A program made the translations under genes and the position numbers. Shown one piece after another: positions 10,846-23,372 of a stretch of DNA of 64,000 nucleotides. Under the pieces are notes generated by a model that saw nothing but the letters and a program-made list of their open reading frames with translations, was not told the origin of the DNA and did no database searches. Source of the stretch: Selaginella moellendorffii (lineage: Eukaryota; Plantae; Lycopodiophyta); contig NW_003314268.1 in NCBI RefSeq assembly GCF_000143415.4, positions 3,232,559-3,296,558 on the forward strand, written 5' to 3'. The number at the start of each line of letters is the position of its first letter. Position 1 is the stretch's first letter.

Positions 10846-12952
10846 TTACTGCGATTTATCCCACTCAGAGTTTTGCAGGCACGCCGGATCGAGATGGTCG
10901 GGACCCAGCCGGACGCAGTTGATGTAATTCACCAAGCTGTGGCCGGCGATCCCAGGCACGAGCAAGCCTGCAATCCTTGCCACAGTGGACAACCTCGTCT
11001 CGCTAAACTCCCCGCCATATCTATAGCTCATGAAGAAGCTCTGGACGAGCTCGAACAGCGCGTAAAGCCGGGACAGCACCATGTAAACCGGGGAGAGGAA
11101 ATTGGGAAATGGCTCGTCCGGAAGGATCTGCGCAGAAAGTTAATATGGATCCTACTCAAAGAGCAGTGTGTCGAAGTGAAGTACCTGGAGGGTGTAGTTG
11201 TAAGTGAAGTAGCAGCAATGCCCGAAATGCTTGAAGCCAAACAAAGAGTTGTCGAAGGGGACTCGAGCTACCACGTCGTTATTGTAGACAACTCTAAAGT
11301 ACCTCATGGTTGGCTTGTTTAAGCTGGCGTCCATGAAGGACGCGAAGCTCTCGTCTCCAACACGGGGCTGGCCAAACGTGTAGAGCGCCGCGAGCCTCCT
11401 GGCAACATCGTCCTCGGTGTTGTAAAAGATGCGATGCTCTTCCCGGTTGTAGAAGAGCATGGCGGTGAAGAGAGTCGCTAGAGCGCCGCCGAGGCTGTGA
11501 CCGGTGATGTAGAGCTTTGCGTTTCTGTGGTTCCGTAGGATAGTGATGAGCTCCGCGCTGATGTGGTCGTACGCAAGCAGCTTCGTCTCGTCGCTGAGGA
11601 CAAAGTCCGGCAGTCCAGACGTCGGAGTCTGTGGCAACGGAGTCCTCGAGTTCTCGTAGATGTTCTGCTTCAACCTCTGGAAGCTTTGCATCCTGTTCCT
11701 GTCGCCCAGGCCCAGTGCTTCAAGGAATCCGAGATGGACACGGCCGAGCTGCGGCAGCTCGTACCAGGAGAAATCCAAGTCTGTGCACCAGTCGTATGCA
11801 TTGAAGGCTTCCGTTCCCCGGAAGGCAAGAACGATGGCTTCTGCATCAGTTTCCCGGTCGGCGAAGATGAAAGCTTGAGTCGAGCTTTTTTTCTGAAACT
11901 CTGTAGCATGAAAGAGAGACAGCAACGTCAGATGAAACTGGTTAGCGAGAAAAATAACCTCTTACCGTTCCAACAGTTGTAAGTTCCTAGTAGATGCATC
12001 TGCAAAGGAGAAGCTGATGGAGCAGAGGTTGTGCAAGGCTCGGACTTACCTTCCAATTCTGATTCACGACAAATTCGATGAACTTCGGGCTCTCATACGC
12101 AACTTTAGACGCCATAGCACAAACATCTGCTACCGCTTTGGAGTCTGGACATGAAAGACACAGACGCTGAGACGAAGGGGCTTGGAGGAGGCTGGTTCTT
12201 GGTTCCATGTGGCCGTTGAAAGTCAGGTAGCTCTCCGAGTCCTCGGCAAAATCAACAAGCGCTGGAAGAACAGAACACAATCAAAAGTCAACACCGTGAA
12301 ATCAATTCTATTTACCTTGTGGATCTATCGAAAGAGCATACAAGGTCCTGAGAATTCCTCCATTGGCTGCACAAAGGTTAATTGCCTTCTCCGCCCATCT
12401 TCCGAAGTGCTTCAGCGGTTGAGAGACAGACCTCACGCTCCGGAGCATAAACAGAGAACATCTCGCTCTCCAATCCAAGTTCACGCTCCCGACTTCCAAA
12501 GAATGCGAGATGTGAGGCCACAGGTACGACCACACGCTCGTATAGTGTGTTACAAGGTAGCTGCTATCATCTGCGACAATCCCGCTCATCCTGAAAGGAG
12601 CCTCACGATGGGAAAGTTCAAGAGCGAAGAGAAGAATAAGAGGATAGCTTTAAAACATGAAATTCCGACTTACCACAACTCCTTACAAAGAGGAATGTGT
12701 TTGGAAAATTCAGTCAATGCGAGCTGGCTGCTAACTAGTCCCGCACGTATCCTGCAGCACGCTTTTTTCGCCAAAACACGAAATTAGGCCCCTAGTCATT
12801 TTCGTCAAATGAAACACTACCTCGGATGTTGTCCTTCCACGCCGATCTCCTCCGTGTCAGCCCCCTGGCCGTCGTCTCCTGCACTCGATCATCTCATATC
12901 TGCTGTTGCCACCTCTGTCGTTGCGTTTGGATTTCGGCTGCTGGCTCCCCAT
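10846..12952 (-). CDS. Class 3 triacylglycerol lipase (OBL1-like), multi-exon
   Basis: IVLAFRGTE, GRVHLGF, YITGHSLGG nucleophile elbow, YTFGQPRVG, NDVVARVP; exon 12821-12952 splices in frame to MSGIVADD. Confidence 0.88.
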
Positions 12953-13726
12953 GCTGAGACACCTGCTTTTCCGGATGTATCCGCGTTTTTGCCTTCTTGT
13001 CGCCTGCCGGGATACGCATCCTCCGCTTTCTCGCCCGCACTTATTTTCTGCCGTAGCGTTCTTCGAGTACTTTGCGTGAATTTAACCCGAGTGACGACAA
13101 GTACTTGAGATTTTTTAAGTCGTCCCAAAGGTGTTAATGCCTGAGGCTGAGAGATGACTTCCAAATTCTCTCTCCCTGAGACAAAGTTCTGAGCGATAAT
13201 CTGACCGAAATCTGGTGGAGAAGCTGCCCGAGAACGTCACGAGCCGATGTCTCCCTTCACAGCTCTACGGGACTCCTCCCAGAAAATTCGGAACTTCCTT
13301 GTGTCTGGTGCGTTATTGGAGACAAAAGAACTCCAGGGAAACAAGAGCTCCTCCTTGGGCTACGCCACGCACCGCCTAATGGGCCAATGTTTCTCGCTTC
13401 GTTCTTCACACTTATTTCTGGCCATCTTCACCACTTTGGAGGTAGTCAGTGCTCTGATTCTATGTCAACCAGGATGATTTGAAGGTCAGCCATCTGGCCA
13501 GATGGTAGCTCGTGTGGCGCGGGATCGTCGACAGCAACTCTGAAAAAATAACACACAAGAAAAGAAAAGAGAAAAGGTTCAACTCTCTACGATGGAAGTA
13601 TAAGCAAGGCGCTCACCACTCGATTAGATTCCATCTTCAGCGCCAGCTGAAATTTCCGGTAAGTTGAAACGGAGCGCAAAGAACGTAATCGAACCGAGCA
13701 CCTTTCCAGAACAAACACTTTGCATT

Positions 13727-14813
13727 TCAAGACGCTACTGAGCTTAACAGTTTGTCTTTAACCGACTCGGGACGAGGCGTCCCAGTTCTGTTCTCAAACT
13801 CCTCTTCCAGATTCTGCAACAAAGCCGTGAGAGAACATACAACAATGGAATCTATACAGGCAACAGTACCAAAAGTTCTTTTCCAATGGAGTTCAATGCT
13901 TTTGGAGTCATCCGGTCAATGTAGAGGACACCCTGTGCGAACAAATACCACGGCCACCTTGATGTCTGCACAGAAGAAACCAAACGAGACCTTACCTCCA
14001 GGTGATCATACTCATGTTGGAAAATTCGAGCAGTCCAGCCCCTGAAGGTGGTACCGAATTTCTTCCCGTTGATATCTTGAGCTTCGACTCGGATCGATAT
14101 CGGTCTCTGGGAACAAAGACATAAACCATAAAGAGAATCTCTAAGTACAAAGGAATAGTACCTCGACATCGGCTTGAGCGCTGTAAAAAGATAGGCATCC
14201 TTCTCTATCAGCTTCTCGCTCTTTCCCAAACTTGACAATCATTGGATTCACGAAAACGTACTCTTTGCCTTTGCCTCTTTCACCCTCGGGATTAAAGACC
14301 ATGAGCCTGGCATTGACGCCTACCTGTGGAGCGGACAAGCCTACTCCATCTGTCCTGGCAAAAAAGAAAAGAAGACAAGAAAACAAAGCATGCCAGCGTT
14401 TGGCAGCGATGAAATTCGCGAAGAACATACCTGTACATCACGTCCAGCATCTCATCGACAAGCTTCTTGAGGTTATCATCAAAGGAATTGATGCGGATGT
14501 TCCTCGCGCGGAGCTTGGGATCGGGATACAAGACAATGCTGAGATTGGAATCGAATTCCACGGGGCCAGCTGCGAGGAAACAAGAAAATCAGGAGGCAAG
14601 AACCGTATACCACGCAATCTCACCATCGGCTTCCTCCCGTATCTTCTTCAGCTCCGTGAACAGCCGTCTAGCTGCCGTTATCACTTGAAATCCTCGCTGC
14701 TGCTGCTGCCGGAATACGCCCGCATTCAATCTCGATCGAAATCCATTCCGTGGCGCCACGGATTTCCGCCACGCGACGGCGCATCCCACCGCCAGGCGCC
14801 CCGCTGCCGCCAT
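13727..14813 (-). CDS. PDF1B: Peptide deformylase 1B, organellar, multi-exon
   Basis: GVGLSAPQVG, EGCLS and QHEYDH motifs; YPDPKLRA; N-terminal transit-like peptide. Confidence 0.93.
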
Positions 14814-14899
14814 TGCCCAAATAACCACAGGAAATTAGGGTTCTTGCAGATTTATTTTAGGGCTCTCGGCAAGGCGGAGGAGAAGCGCGCGCGGCAGCC

Positions 14900-15166
14900 A
14901 TGGCGACCTCCAAAGTCCAGCGGATCATGACCCAGCCCATCAATCTCATCTTCCGGTTCCTGCAGAGCAAGGCGACGATCCAGGTGTGGCTGTTTGAGCA
15001 GAAGGATTTGAGAATCGAGGGCCGGATCATAGGGTTTGACGAGTACATGAATCTGGTACTGGACGACGCCTACGAGATCTCGCTCAAGAAGAAGTCGCGC
15101 AAGCCGCTGGGCCGGATCCTCCTCAAGGGCGATAACATCACGCTCATGATGAACACCGGCAAGTAG
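14900..15166 (+). CDS. SmE: Small nuclear ribonucleoprotein E, intronless
   Basis: [24 protein letters not shown]...[11 protein letters not shown]...[13 protein letters not shown]; 88 aa. Confidence 0.97.
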   Translation: MATSKVQRIMTQPINLIFRFLQSKATIQVWLFEQKDLRIEGRIIGFDEYMNLVLDDAYEISLKKKSRKPLGRILLKGDNITLMMNTGK

Positions 15167-15480
15167 TAGCAGAAAAAAAATCTCTGAGAGAAGTTGCAAG
15201 ATGGGCTTTATTTTTCGCTCTTGTTCTTGGTGAGTGTCTTTGTATCTCGTTTACCATGGCTCTAGCAGCTCAAAGAGCTTTCACGCATTCTAGTTGAGTT
15301 GACTTTCTAGTCCCGCCCAGTCAAAGACGTTGGCTGGGGTCTTCTTTCATTCACGGCCTTGGACTAGATAAAAGCAAAGCCTCTGCAAACAATGAGAGAA
15401 TTGATCCTACATGACGAAATGAAAGAATCCACGATCGCCCTTGCGGCAAGAAATCAAAGATCGATCCACCTTGAGTTGAG

Positions 15481-17443
15481 CTAGAAATTTACGCACTCCC
15501 TCGGCTTGGCGACGAGCTCCAGCGGCTTGTCCAGCACCGTGAATCCCACTCGCTCGCTCACATCAATCTCCTCCCCTGGCGGCGCGCTCCAATCGAACCT
15601 CTGGATCAACCTCGCCAGCCCCATCACCACCATGCACGACCCCAGCGACGCGCCGGGGCAGCTCCTCCGCCCGGCCCCAAACGGCACCACCCGGCACTCC
15701 GAGTCCATGAGCTCCACGATCTGGGACGAGAGATCGCCCGGCGAGGCGAGGAAGCGATCGGGGCGGAAGAGATGCACGTCGTCGCCCCACACCGATCGGC
15801 TCCTCCCAAGCGAGTACGTGTTGACGAGGATGCGCGTGTTCTTGGGGATGTCGTAGCCACCGATCCGCGTGTCCTCCGTGGAGAAATGCGGGATAAGGAA
15901 CGCGCCCACCGGGTGGAGCCGGAAGATCTCCTTCACCACCGCCTTGAGATAGTTGAGGTTGACCACGTCTGACTCGTCAACGGGCCGGTCAACGCCCACC
16001 GCCGCGTCGAGTTCTTCGCGGACCTTGGCCATCTCTCGCGGGTGCCGTGCCAGCTCGGCCATCGCCCACTCGCTAATCACGGACGAGGTGTCTGTTCCCG
16101 CCGAGAGCATGTCCTGGAAAAACCAGCGAAAAGAAGCAGAAAGCAACGCATTAACTCGCCGCACGAGAAAGTAGCAAATGCCCTTTAAGGGCATATGCTA
16201 CAAGCACAACCGTTAACCCATGTTTGACCAGAGAAAAAGCAGGAAAAGGGCCTTTTAGGGTAAGCACCTATTCACCAACTAACAACGGCATTCACTAGAT
16301 TGTTAACCGCAGTTTTTCAAGCAAAGACGTTCCACACGAGCGACGGTATGTTGCATCTGCAGCAAATGCCGCTAGACGGCAAATGCTGCAAGACCCAAAC
16401 ACGAGAGGAAAGCAAGCAAGCCAGCAAGCAAAAAGGTGGTGGGCACTTACAATCATGATCGCCTTGATGGTCGTCGTGGACAGCTGCTTCTCGCCATTGG
16501 CGCCAGGCACCGACAGCAAAACATCCACGAAGCTGGCCCCCTGCTGTTCCTGGCAAGATCCCCCGCTGTTCTTGGCGAGCTTCTGGCGATGCTCCTCGAT
16601 GATCTCGTCGTAGACCTCGTCCGCGCGCTGCATGATCCGCCGCATCTTCCTCTCGTGGCCCTGCAGATCAAACGCGCGCAGGAAGGGGAGGTAGTCGGCC
16701 ACATTGAACGCGTTCACCAGCGCGAAGCCCTCGTAGATCATCTGCTTGTGCTCGGCGGCGTCCTCGGGCCCGGCGGCGCCCGGGCCGAAGTGCCGCTTGC
16801 CCAGGAGCATCCGCGTGAGGATGTTGCAGGACAAGCTCGCGAATTTGTCGCGGAGATTGATCTTGTGCGTCGTGGGCGATGATCCCTCCTCCCTCCCGAG
16901 ATCCTGGAAGACGCTCTCCACCATGAGATCGAGCTCCTGGCAGCGGCCGTCGCGGAAGGAGGCGATCTTCCGCGGCGAGAGGAGCTCCAGCGTGCAAATC
17001 TTACGCATCGCCCGCCAGTGCTGGCCGTAGGGGGCGAAGGCGATGTCGCGGCCATTGTACGTGAAGTACTGGCACGCGATATTCTCCGGCCGCGACGCGA
17101 AGATGTGATCTTGCTTGATGAGGATGTCGCGGATGATCGCGGGGCTGTCGGTCACGATCGTGGGGACCACGCCCAGCTTGAGATAGACGAGAGGGCCGTG
17201 GCGGCGGGTGAATTCCATCATGCTCTTGTGGGGGAAGGGGCCGATCTGGAGGAGATTGCCGATGACTGGCCATGGTTTGGGCCCCGGGGGGAGATGCAAT
17301 CGCTGGCGACGATCCCTCCCTTTCACGCCTGGATCTACATTGCTCTTGGCTCCCGGCCTGATCGGTCTAAAGAAGAGGAAGTGGATGAGCGAGAGGAATA
17401 GAAAGAAGGCCGCCACAATCGCTTGGAATACCGATGAATCCAT
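15481..17443 (-). CDS. CYP703: Cytochrome P450, CYP71 clan, CYP703-like (exons 17443-16451 and 16113-15481)
   Basis: LPPGP hinge, AGTDTS I-helix, EIFR, PDRF, PFGAGRRSCPG heme motif; TRMLLGKxxFG and FVDVLLSxPGxNG recall CYP703. Confidence 0.88.
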
Positions 17444-17956
17444 CACAGGGAAGGACCTCTACTGCTCTATCTATCTAGATCGTGGAATGGGCACTCTTAA
17501 GTGATCATCAAGAACAGAATGGAGACAAGAAACCTGGATCTTCCCTTATGTTTTTAGCTTTCCCTCGCGACCTCTCGATGATCTAGCGGCGCTGCATTGA
17601 AAAAAGTCGATCAAGTCAAAGAATGCCAGAGCTCCTCCGGCTTGGCCGTGAAAAAAGAGAGCACAGCCCCAGCGAGAAAGAAGTAACAATCCTTAGGTTT
17701 TTAAATGCTCCACACCACCACACCACCCCTTTACTTTCATTACATCGCTGATAGATCGGATATTCTCAACAGGGAGAAACCAGGAGGGGAATCTTTGGCC
17801 CCTCACTCGCGAGGGCGTGACGGCGAGACGTGTGGTTTTCTGTGAGGGAGCGGGAGCGTGTGAATGTGAAGGTATGCCAACGTATTTATATGCGATGGCA
17901 GGGGCGATCTGACGCTCGTTACTGCGTTGGTACGGTAGCTAGCTCTGACTCACTAC

Positions 17957-18019
17957 ACACGTCAGCAAATCACGTGGCACTACTGGCTGGCATGGTGGCC
18001 TGGCATTCTTATCCACGTG
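17957..18019. promoter_or_regulatory. ACGT-core cluster (G-box/ABRE-like) upstream of the P450
   Basis: ACACGTCA 17957, CACGTGGC 17971, CACGTG 18014; ~0.5 kb upstream of the ATG. Confidence 0.4.
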
Positions 18020-18248
18020 CCGCACAGTCATTGGTTGTGCTTTGTGGTAATTGTTCTTTGTTTTAGAGGTTAGTGAATCCTTGAGGTTGTTAGACTGTAT
18101 CTACGTTTGTTCCATCTTTCGATTGAATGGTTGGGAGATGCGAAGTTTGTGTCACATAAATATATTCAATAACTATTTCTCGCTTTATGGCACATGTCTA
18201 TTTGAATAAAAAACTAATAGTAAACGGAAAAATATAAAATATGGATGA

Positions 18249-19190
18249 CTAATTGAGCTCTCTAAGCTCGCCATTAGAAAGCTCAAATCTCTTGTGTTTG
18301 GACAAGCTACTGGCAAGTTCTTCATATGTTCCGAGCTTTTCTGAGCTCCTGTAGTCCACTACTGCCTGGAGGATTTGAAGAACATCACCATGGCCAACAA
18401 TCAAAACAGCAGACCTGGAAGTTCAAATTTTTAGCAAAATCACTACACAAAACTTGCGGCAAGGATTTTTTCCTTACCCGTGCGTTTGTCGCTCGATTTC
18501 ATGAATTGCTTTGAGCACTCTCTCGTACACATCCATGACACTTTCACCGCCTTCAGGCCCAACAAAGGGATCCTTTCTATCGTCGTGAGAGTACTGAAAC
18601 AAGAAAAATACATCTATACTTTGAGATAAAACAAAGATAAGTACCTCCAAGCGCGACTTTAGTTCATAGAATGGCCCAAAGTATCGCTCCCTAAGCTCAC
18701 TAAGAACCTGAATGACCAGAAAAGTTTTTATACTTTAAAGTTCAAACAAAATAGGAAAGTGAAAATGATAAAATCTATGACTTACATGAATGCGTGTATT
18801 CTCAAAGCTTGCATCCACCGCTTCCAAAACGCACTCAGATGTTTGGATCGTGCGGCTAAACGGGGAAGAATAGATCCAGACATTGTCTAGACTAAATTTC
18901 TTGAGTTCCTGTCAGGAAGAAAGAATGAAAAAAGGACAACTTAATTCGAGAGCTGATATCCATCATCACCTTGACGAAGATTTTGCCAGCGTTTCTTGCT
19001 TGCACAAGGCCCTGAGGAGCAAGCCCATACCCAGGCAGAACTCCATTAGCCTGGTAAAACCACTAGTGAGAAAATGATAAAGCTTCGAGAGCGAGCGAAC
19101 CTCGTGTGAGACGATTAGATCCAACTCGTTGGGAACGCTTCGTCCATGCCTGAGCACCCAATACTTGTTGTGAAGATCGGGAAGCTCCAT
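18249..19190 (-). CDS. Phosphoglycerate mutase-like histidine phosphatase, copy 1, multi-exon
   Basis: YWVLRHGRSVPN, YSSPFSRT, LRERYFG, GGES, VGHGDVLQIL. Confidence 0.88.
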
Positions 19191-19432
19191 AGCTTTAACA
19201 AAGACGAAGACTTTGCAACAAATCAATGTTAGAAGAGATTATCCAACACGCAAAGACAATGTCTGCCGGCCCTTTGTGCTTGGAATACTCCAAAGGACAT
19301 TTGATTTCTGCCAAAAACAAAAACAGAAAAGATTGTAAGAAAAGAAAGAAAAATGGAAATAAAGCTTGAAGTTTTTATCAAGTGTTTCAATGTTTGTGTG
19401 TGAGAAAAATAAAAATAAAAATAAAAGAATAG

Positions 19433-20559
19433 TCATGCAAGCCGTCTAAGTTCTCCAGTGAGCAGTGCAAACTTTCGATGCTGGGAAAGAATGGAGACGT
19501 ATTCCTCACTGTCCGTTTTGATCCTGCTTACCTCCGCGGCCTTTGTTATAGTTTGAAGGATCTGGAGTGTGTCACCATGACTTACAAGCAATATAGCATA
19601 ACTGCAACAGCAAAAGCTCCATCGAAACTGAATAAAGACTTCATGTTTTGCCTACCCTTCGTGTTGTAACTCGAGCTGAGGAATCACTGCGGCTACTCGC
19701 TTTGCAACATCGGCTACGCTTTCACCACCTTCGGGGCCAACGAGTGGGTTTCGCGCATCGATTTCCCAGATCTCGGCATACTGCCATGGTAAATGGAGCT
19801 TAAAGACAGAGCGAGAAAAAAAAAAACAGCAAACTTTCTACGTGAAGATGAGACTGCAGCTCTAGAGCTGGCCCGAAGTACCTCTCACGCAGCTCGTCCA
19901 AGACCTGAATCAACGAGAGAATTCTTCTTTTGTCTTACAAACAAGGAAATGCAAAGGACTTACTTTGATCTCCAAATTTTCGTATGCACGCTTGAGAACT
20001 TCAGCTACGCAGTTTGCAGTCTCCATGGTCCGCGTGAAGGGAGAAGAGCAAATGGCGACGTTCTTAAAGCTGCCGTGCTCTTCCAGTTGCTACAAAAGTT
20101 TTCTCAGAAGCGTTTTTCTCCTGAGAAGAATCGGTACCTTAAGAAAGATCTCGCCAGCAGCCTTGGCTTGAACGAATCCCCCCTCGGCGAGGCCATGCTG
20201 AGGTAATGTCCCATTGCTCTACAATCAAAATCAATCAAGTTGGAAAGTGAAAATTGGAGAAAATAAAACTATACACCATCGCTAAGTTGAAAGCATGATC
20301 TATGATTTTTTTCGCAATCCAAGTAAGTTTAGATCCATGCCTTGATCTATACTCCAAAGTAACGAGGCAGCGAATTTTTTCTTTTGACCATTTCTTCTCA
20401 CTACCTTGACTTTTTTCTAGATTTTGATAGAATGTAGCAGTGGATCGAGGGAAGTACCTTGTGAGAAACGATGAGACCAATCTCGTTTGGCACGCTTCGA
20501 CCATGGCGAAGAACCCAATAGCAGTTCTTCAAAGGAGGAGGCGAGCGCTCCTCCTCCAT
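19433..20559 (-). CDS. Phosphoglycerate mutase-like histidine phosphatase, copy 2, multi-exon
   Basis: YWVLRHGRSVPNEIG, CSSPFTRT, LRERYFG, PEGGESV, VSHGDTLQIL; matching exon layout to copy 1. Confidence 0.85.
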
Positions 20560-20635
20560 GCTAAAGGAAACCCTCCAATGAGATAAGAAGCGAATATACT
20601 ACTCAAAGAGCTAGGGTTTTTGGCAGGGTTTATCC

Positions 20636-23372
20636 ATGGCGCAGGCGAAGATGGCCATTCTCCTCAAGCCCTGGCTCGGCGGCTCGCCGCCATCGCTCCA
20701 TTCCACTCCGCCCGGTCGAATGGCGAAAACAGGTGCGTTCTTCGATCGATTTGAGCCCGCATTTCGGGATTTCGGTCGCGCATTGGGCTGAATCGAGTGT
20801 GTGTGTGGATTGTTTGGGCAGCATATCCCTATCCCTGGGGTCGCAGGCAGCGGCGATTCTACTCCGGGCCAGCCGCTCGAGCAGTCGAGGGTGGATCGTT
20901 CCAGGCGAAGTGAAATAATTTGTTTTGGCTTTTATTCGTGAAGGATCGATTGATGGTTTTGCTTGTTCCAGGTACGCTGAAGCCTTTCCTGGGTCCGTCA
21001 AAGTAAAAAAAATCCGCCCTCCCGACTATGATCTAAGAACTGGTACACTTTCGTTCTAGTTCTCGAAGTTTGTGTTGTTTTTCCTGGTTTTGCGAGATTC
21101 ATTCGGTCTTGTTCTCCCTTGCAGATGAGCCATGGAAAAAATATCTCGACACCAAACTTAATAACAACATGACCATCGCCGAATTTATTGCAAGGTTTGC
21201 TCAGGGAAAATCCGGCCTAAGAACCTATCGGCACCAGCGAGCTAAGTTGCCATTGCCAGAGGCAAGAGGAAGGCCGCTTCTACAGTGGCAGGGCCTCGAG
21301 AACCGCAAGCCCGAGACACAGAGAATTGAGCAGCTGCTGCGAGAGTCAGAGGACAAGTTCGTGATGGTTTTGGGAGCTCCCGGCTGTGGGAAAACACGGT
21401 GCATGTTTGAGCTTCTCTCCAACGAGTACGGATTCTACTACACGGCGGAGAGCGAAGTTAACCGGGGGTCAGGCGACACAGTCTACTGCCAACGTATGAT
21501 GCAAGTTCTTATGGACGACGTTTACGACGTTCCAAAGCGGGACGTCATAGCCGAGCAACACGCACGCGCGTTGCTGCTGGGAAGAATGCTGGTCCTCGAC
21601 TATATCTTCCGGTTGCGCGTTCCAGGCTTTAATCCTTACATCTTTCTCCAGCTCCAGGTAAGCTAGACTTTGTTGTCTTCGTTGTTTCTGTCTAAGAGCT
21701 TGTTTTTTTGTAGGTGGAAGGACCTCGAATGACTGGGATGGATATCTTCCGAGAGCTCACGGCAGTATTGTGCGGGGAATACGAGAACGACGACATGACC
21801 CGTCAGATTGACAAAGTCTGGGCACACCTCCAGTACGGGGTTCCCAAGCTCAGAGTCGTGCTCGAAGAAGCTCACGTCCTCTTCCATTGCCGGCCCAACG
21901 TTTTCCCTCTGCGAAAGAGCCACCTGGTTCCCATCTCCATTTACTACCCGATGGTGAAGGCAATGCTCTTTCCAAGCGAAACTCTCAAGGGACACGAGCT
22001 GGTGATCTGCGGCTCGGGCCTGGAGATGCTCGAGGACAAGACGAGCCTCCTGGGACCTCTCAAGCAGACTCCAACCGTCAAGTTTGCCGACTTCTCGGTA
22101 TGGGAGAACGAGATGCAACTAAAGGCATACCTGGACACGTTCATGCAAGTCACAGTGGAGGAGTGCCGGGCTCTGCTGTGGACCTGGAGCGGAAGGATGC
22201 GGCCGCTGGTCAACTGCGTCGAGGGGCTTCTCGGTGGCCTGGATCCAAACTCGAAGCCGACGACGTACAAGTCAGTGGAGAACTGCATCCGGGACTACGA
22301 GACTCACGCGCTAGAGAAGATCGATGCGAGGCACACCCACGCCTACGTGCTCAAGGAGATGAGAGTTATCGACAGGACTACTTACGATCTGGTGAGGAAC
22401 GTCTACAGGGCGTTCGCGTGGTGGGGTGACACCTTCCAGGCCATCACGGTGAAAGAGATGAAAATGGTCTACCTCGGCTTCGCTCGCATGCAAACCATTC
22501 CAGTCGACGACCCGGCCACGGGAGAGTGCCTGGCCGCCCCCGGGGTGATGGTCTCGGCACAGATCGACGAGCCGCTCATCGTCAAAGTCCTCCACAAGCA
22601 CTTCAGCGCCGACGCGGAGCTGCTCCAGGAGCTCAGAGTCTCGTCGCTCGTCCAAGGCAAAGGCAGGCTGTGGGAGATGCACCTCTTCGACGACCTGGTG
22701 AAGCTCTTCGATGGCGCCACCCCGCTACACCAGCACGCTCTCTTCAAAGGCGTGGAGCTCCCGGAGATCTTCCAGCAGCCGGCTAGCATCGTCAACGCCG
22801 AGAAGGCGAGCGGCCCCTGGGTCCAGGCCGGAAGCATCAACGCGGGGCTGTTGGAGTTCATGAGCCAGCCGGACGAGTCGAGAGCTCCACTCCTCATCTG
22901 CGAGGGCATGGCCGGCCCCGACGCATTCTTCTTCGTGCGCTTCCGTGACGGGCGAACGATCGGCGCTGGAGTTTACGTGAAGTACAAGCACAGGACGAGA
23001 TCTTACGCGGGGGCGATGCACTGCACGGATCCAGAGGCGGCCTACACGGCCTGGAGGGGCGATCCGCCGAGAAAGGACGCTGGGATCCAGCAGGCCAAGA
23101 GGCAGGCGTTCGAGGAGTTCGTGAGAAGCTCGAGCAGCGTTCCATGGTCGGCTGGATATATCCGGCTCATGCTAACGTACCCGGCGGCGGAGAGCAGTGG
23201 CGAGAACACGAGAGTGGTGTATCCGGCGAGGGGAGGCCCGCAGCTCGTGGTGGAGGTCTCGGAGAAGAACGCGGCGGAGATTTTCGGCGAGGATCATCGC
23301 AAAGTGTTGGACATGACCAAGCCTGTGCGGCTGCTGGATGTTCGTCCAGAGCCGGTTAGAGAGGACTTTTGA
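20636..23372 (+). CDS. Crinkler-type (CR) P-loop NTPase + PD-(D/E)xK restriction-endonuclease-fold protein; the exons before 21125 are tentative
   Basis: Exon 21125-21657 has Walker A GAPGCGKTR followed by FELLSNEYGFYY; 56-bp intron; exon 21714-23372 has Walker B-like VVLEEAH, GRMRP, GRLWE and GPDAFFFV...VYVK. Confidence 0.72.

Noticed and set aside
20235-20504. 89-aa ORF containing RHG as a third phosphatase
   Set aside because: Out-of-frame read-through of exon 1 and the intron of phosphatase copy 2
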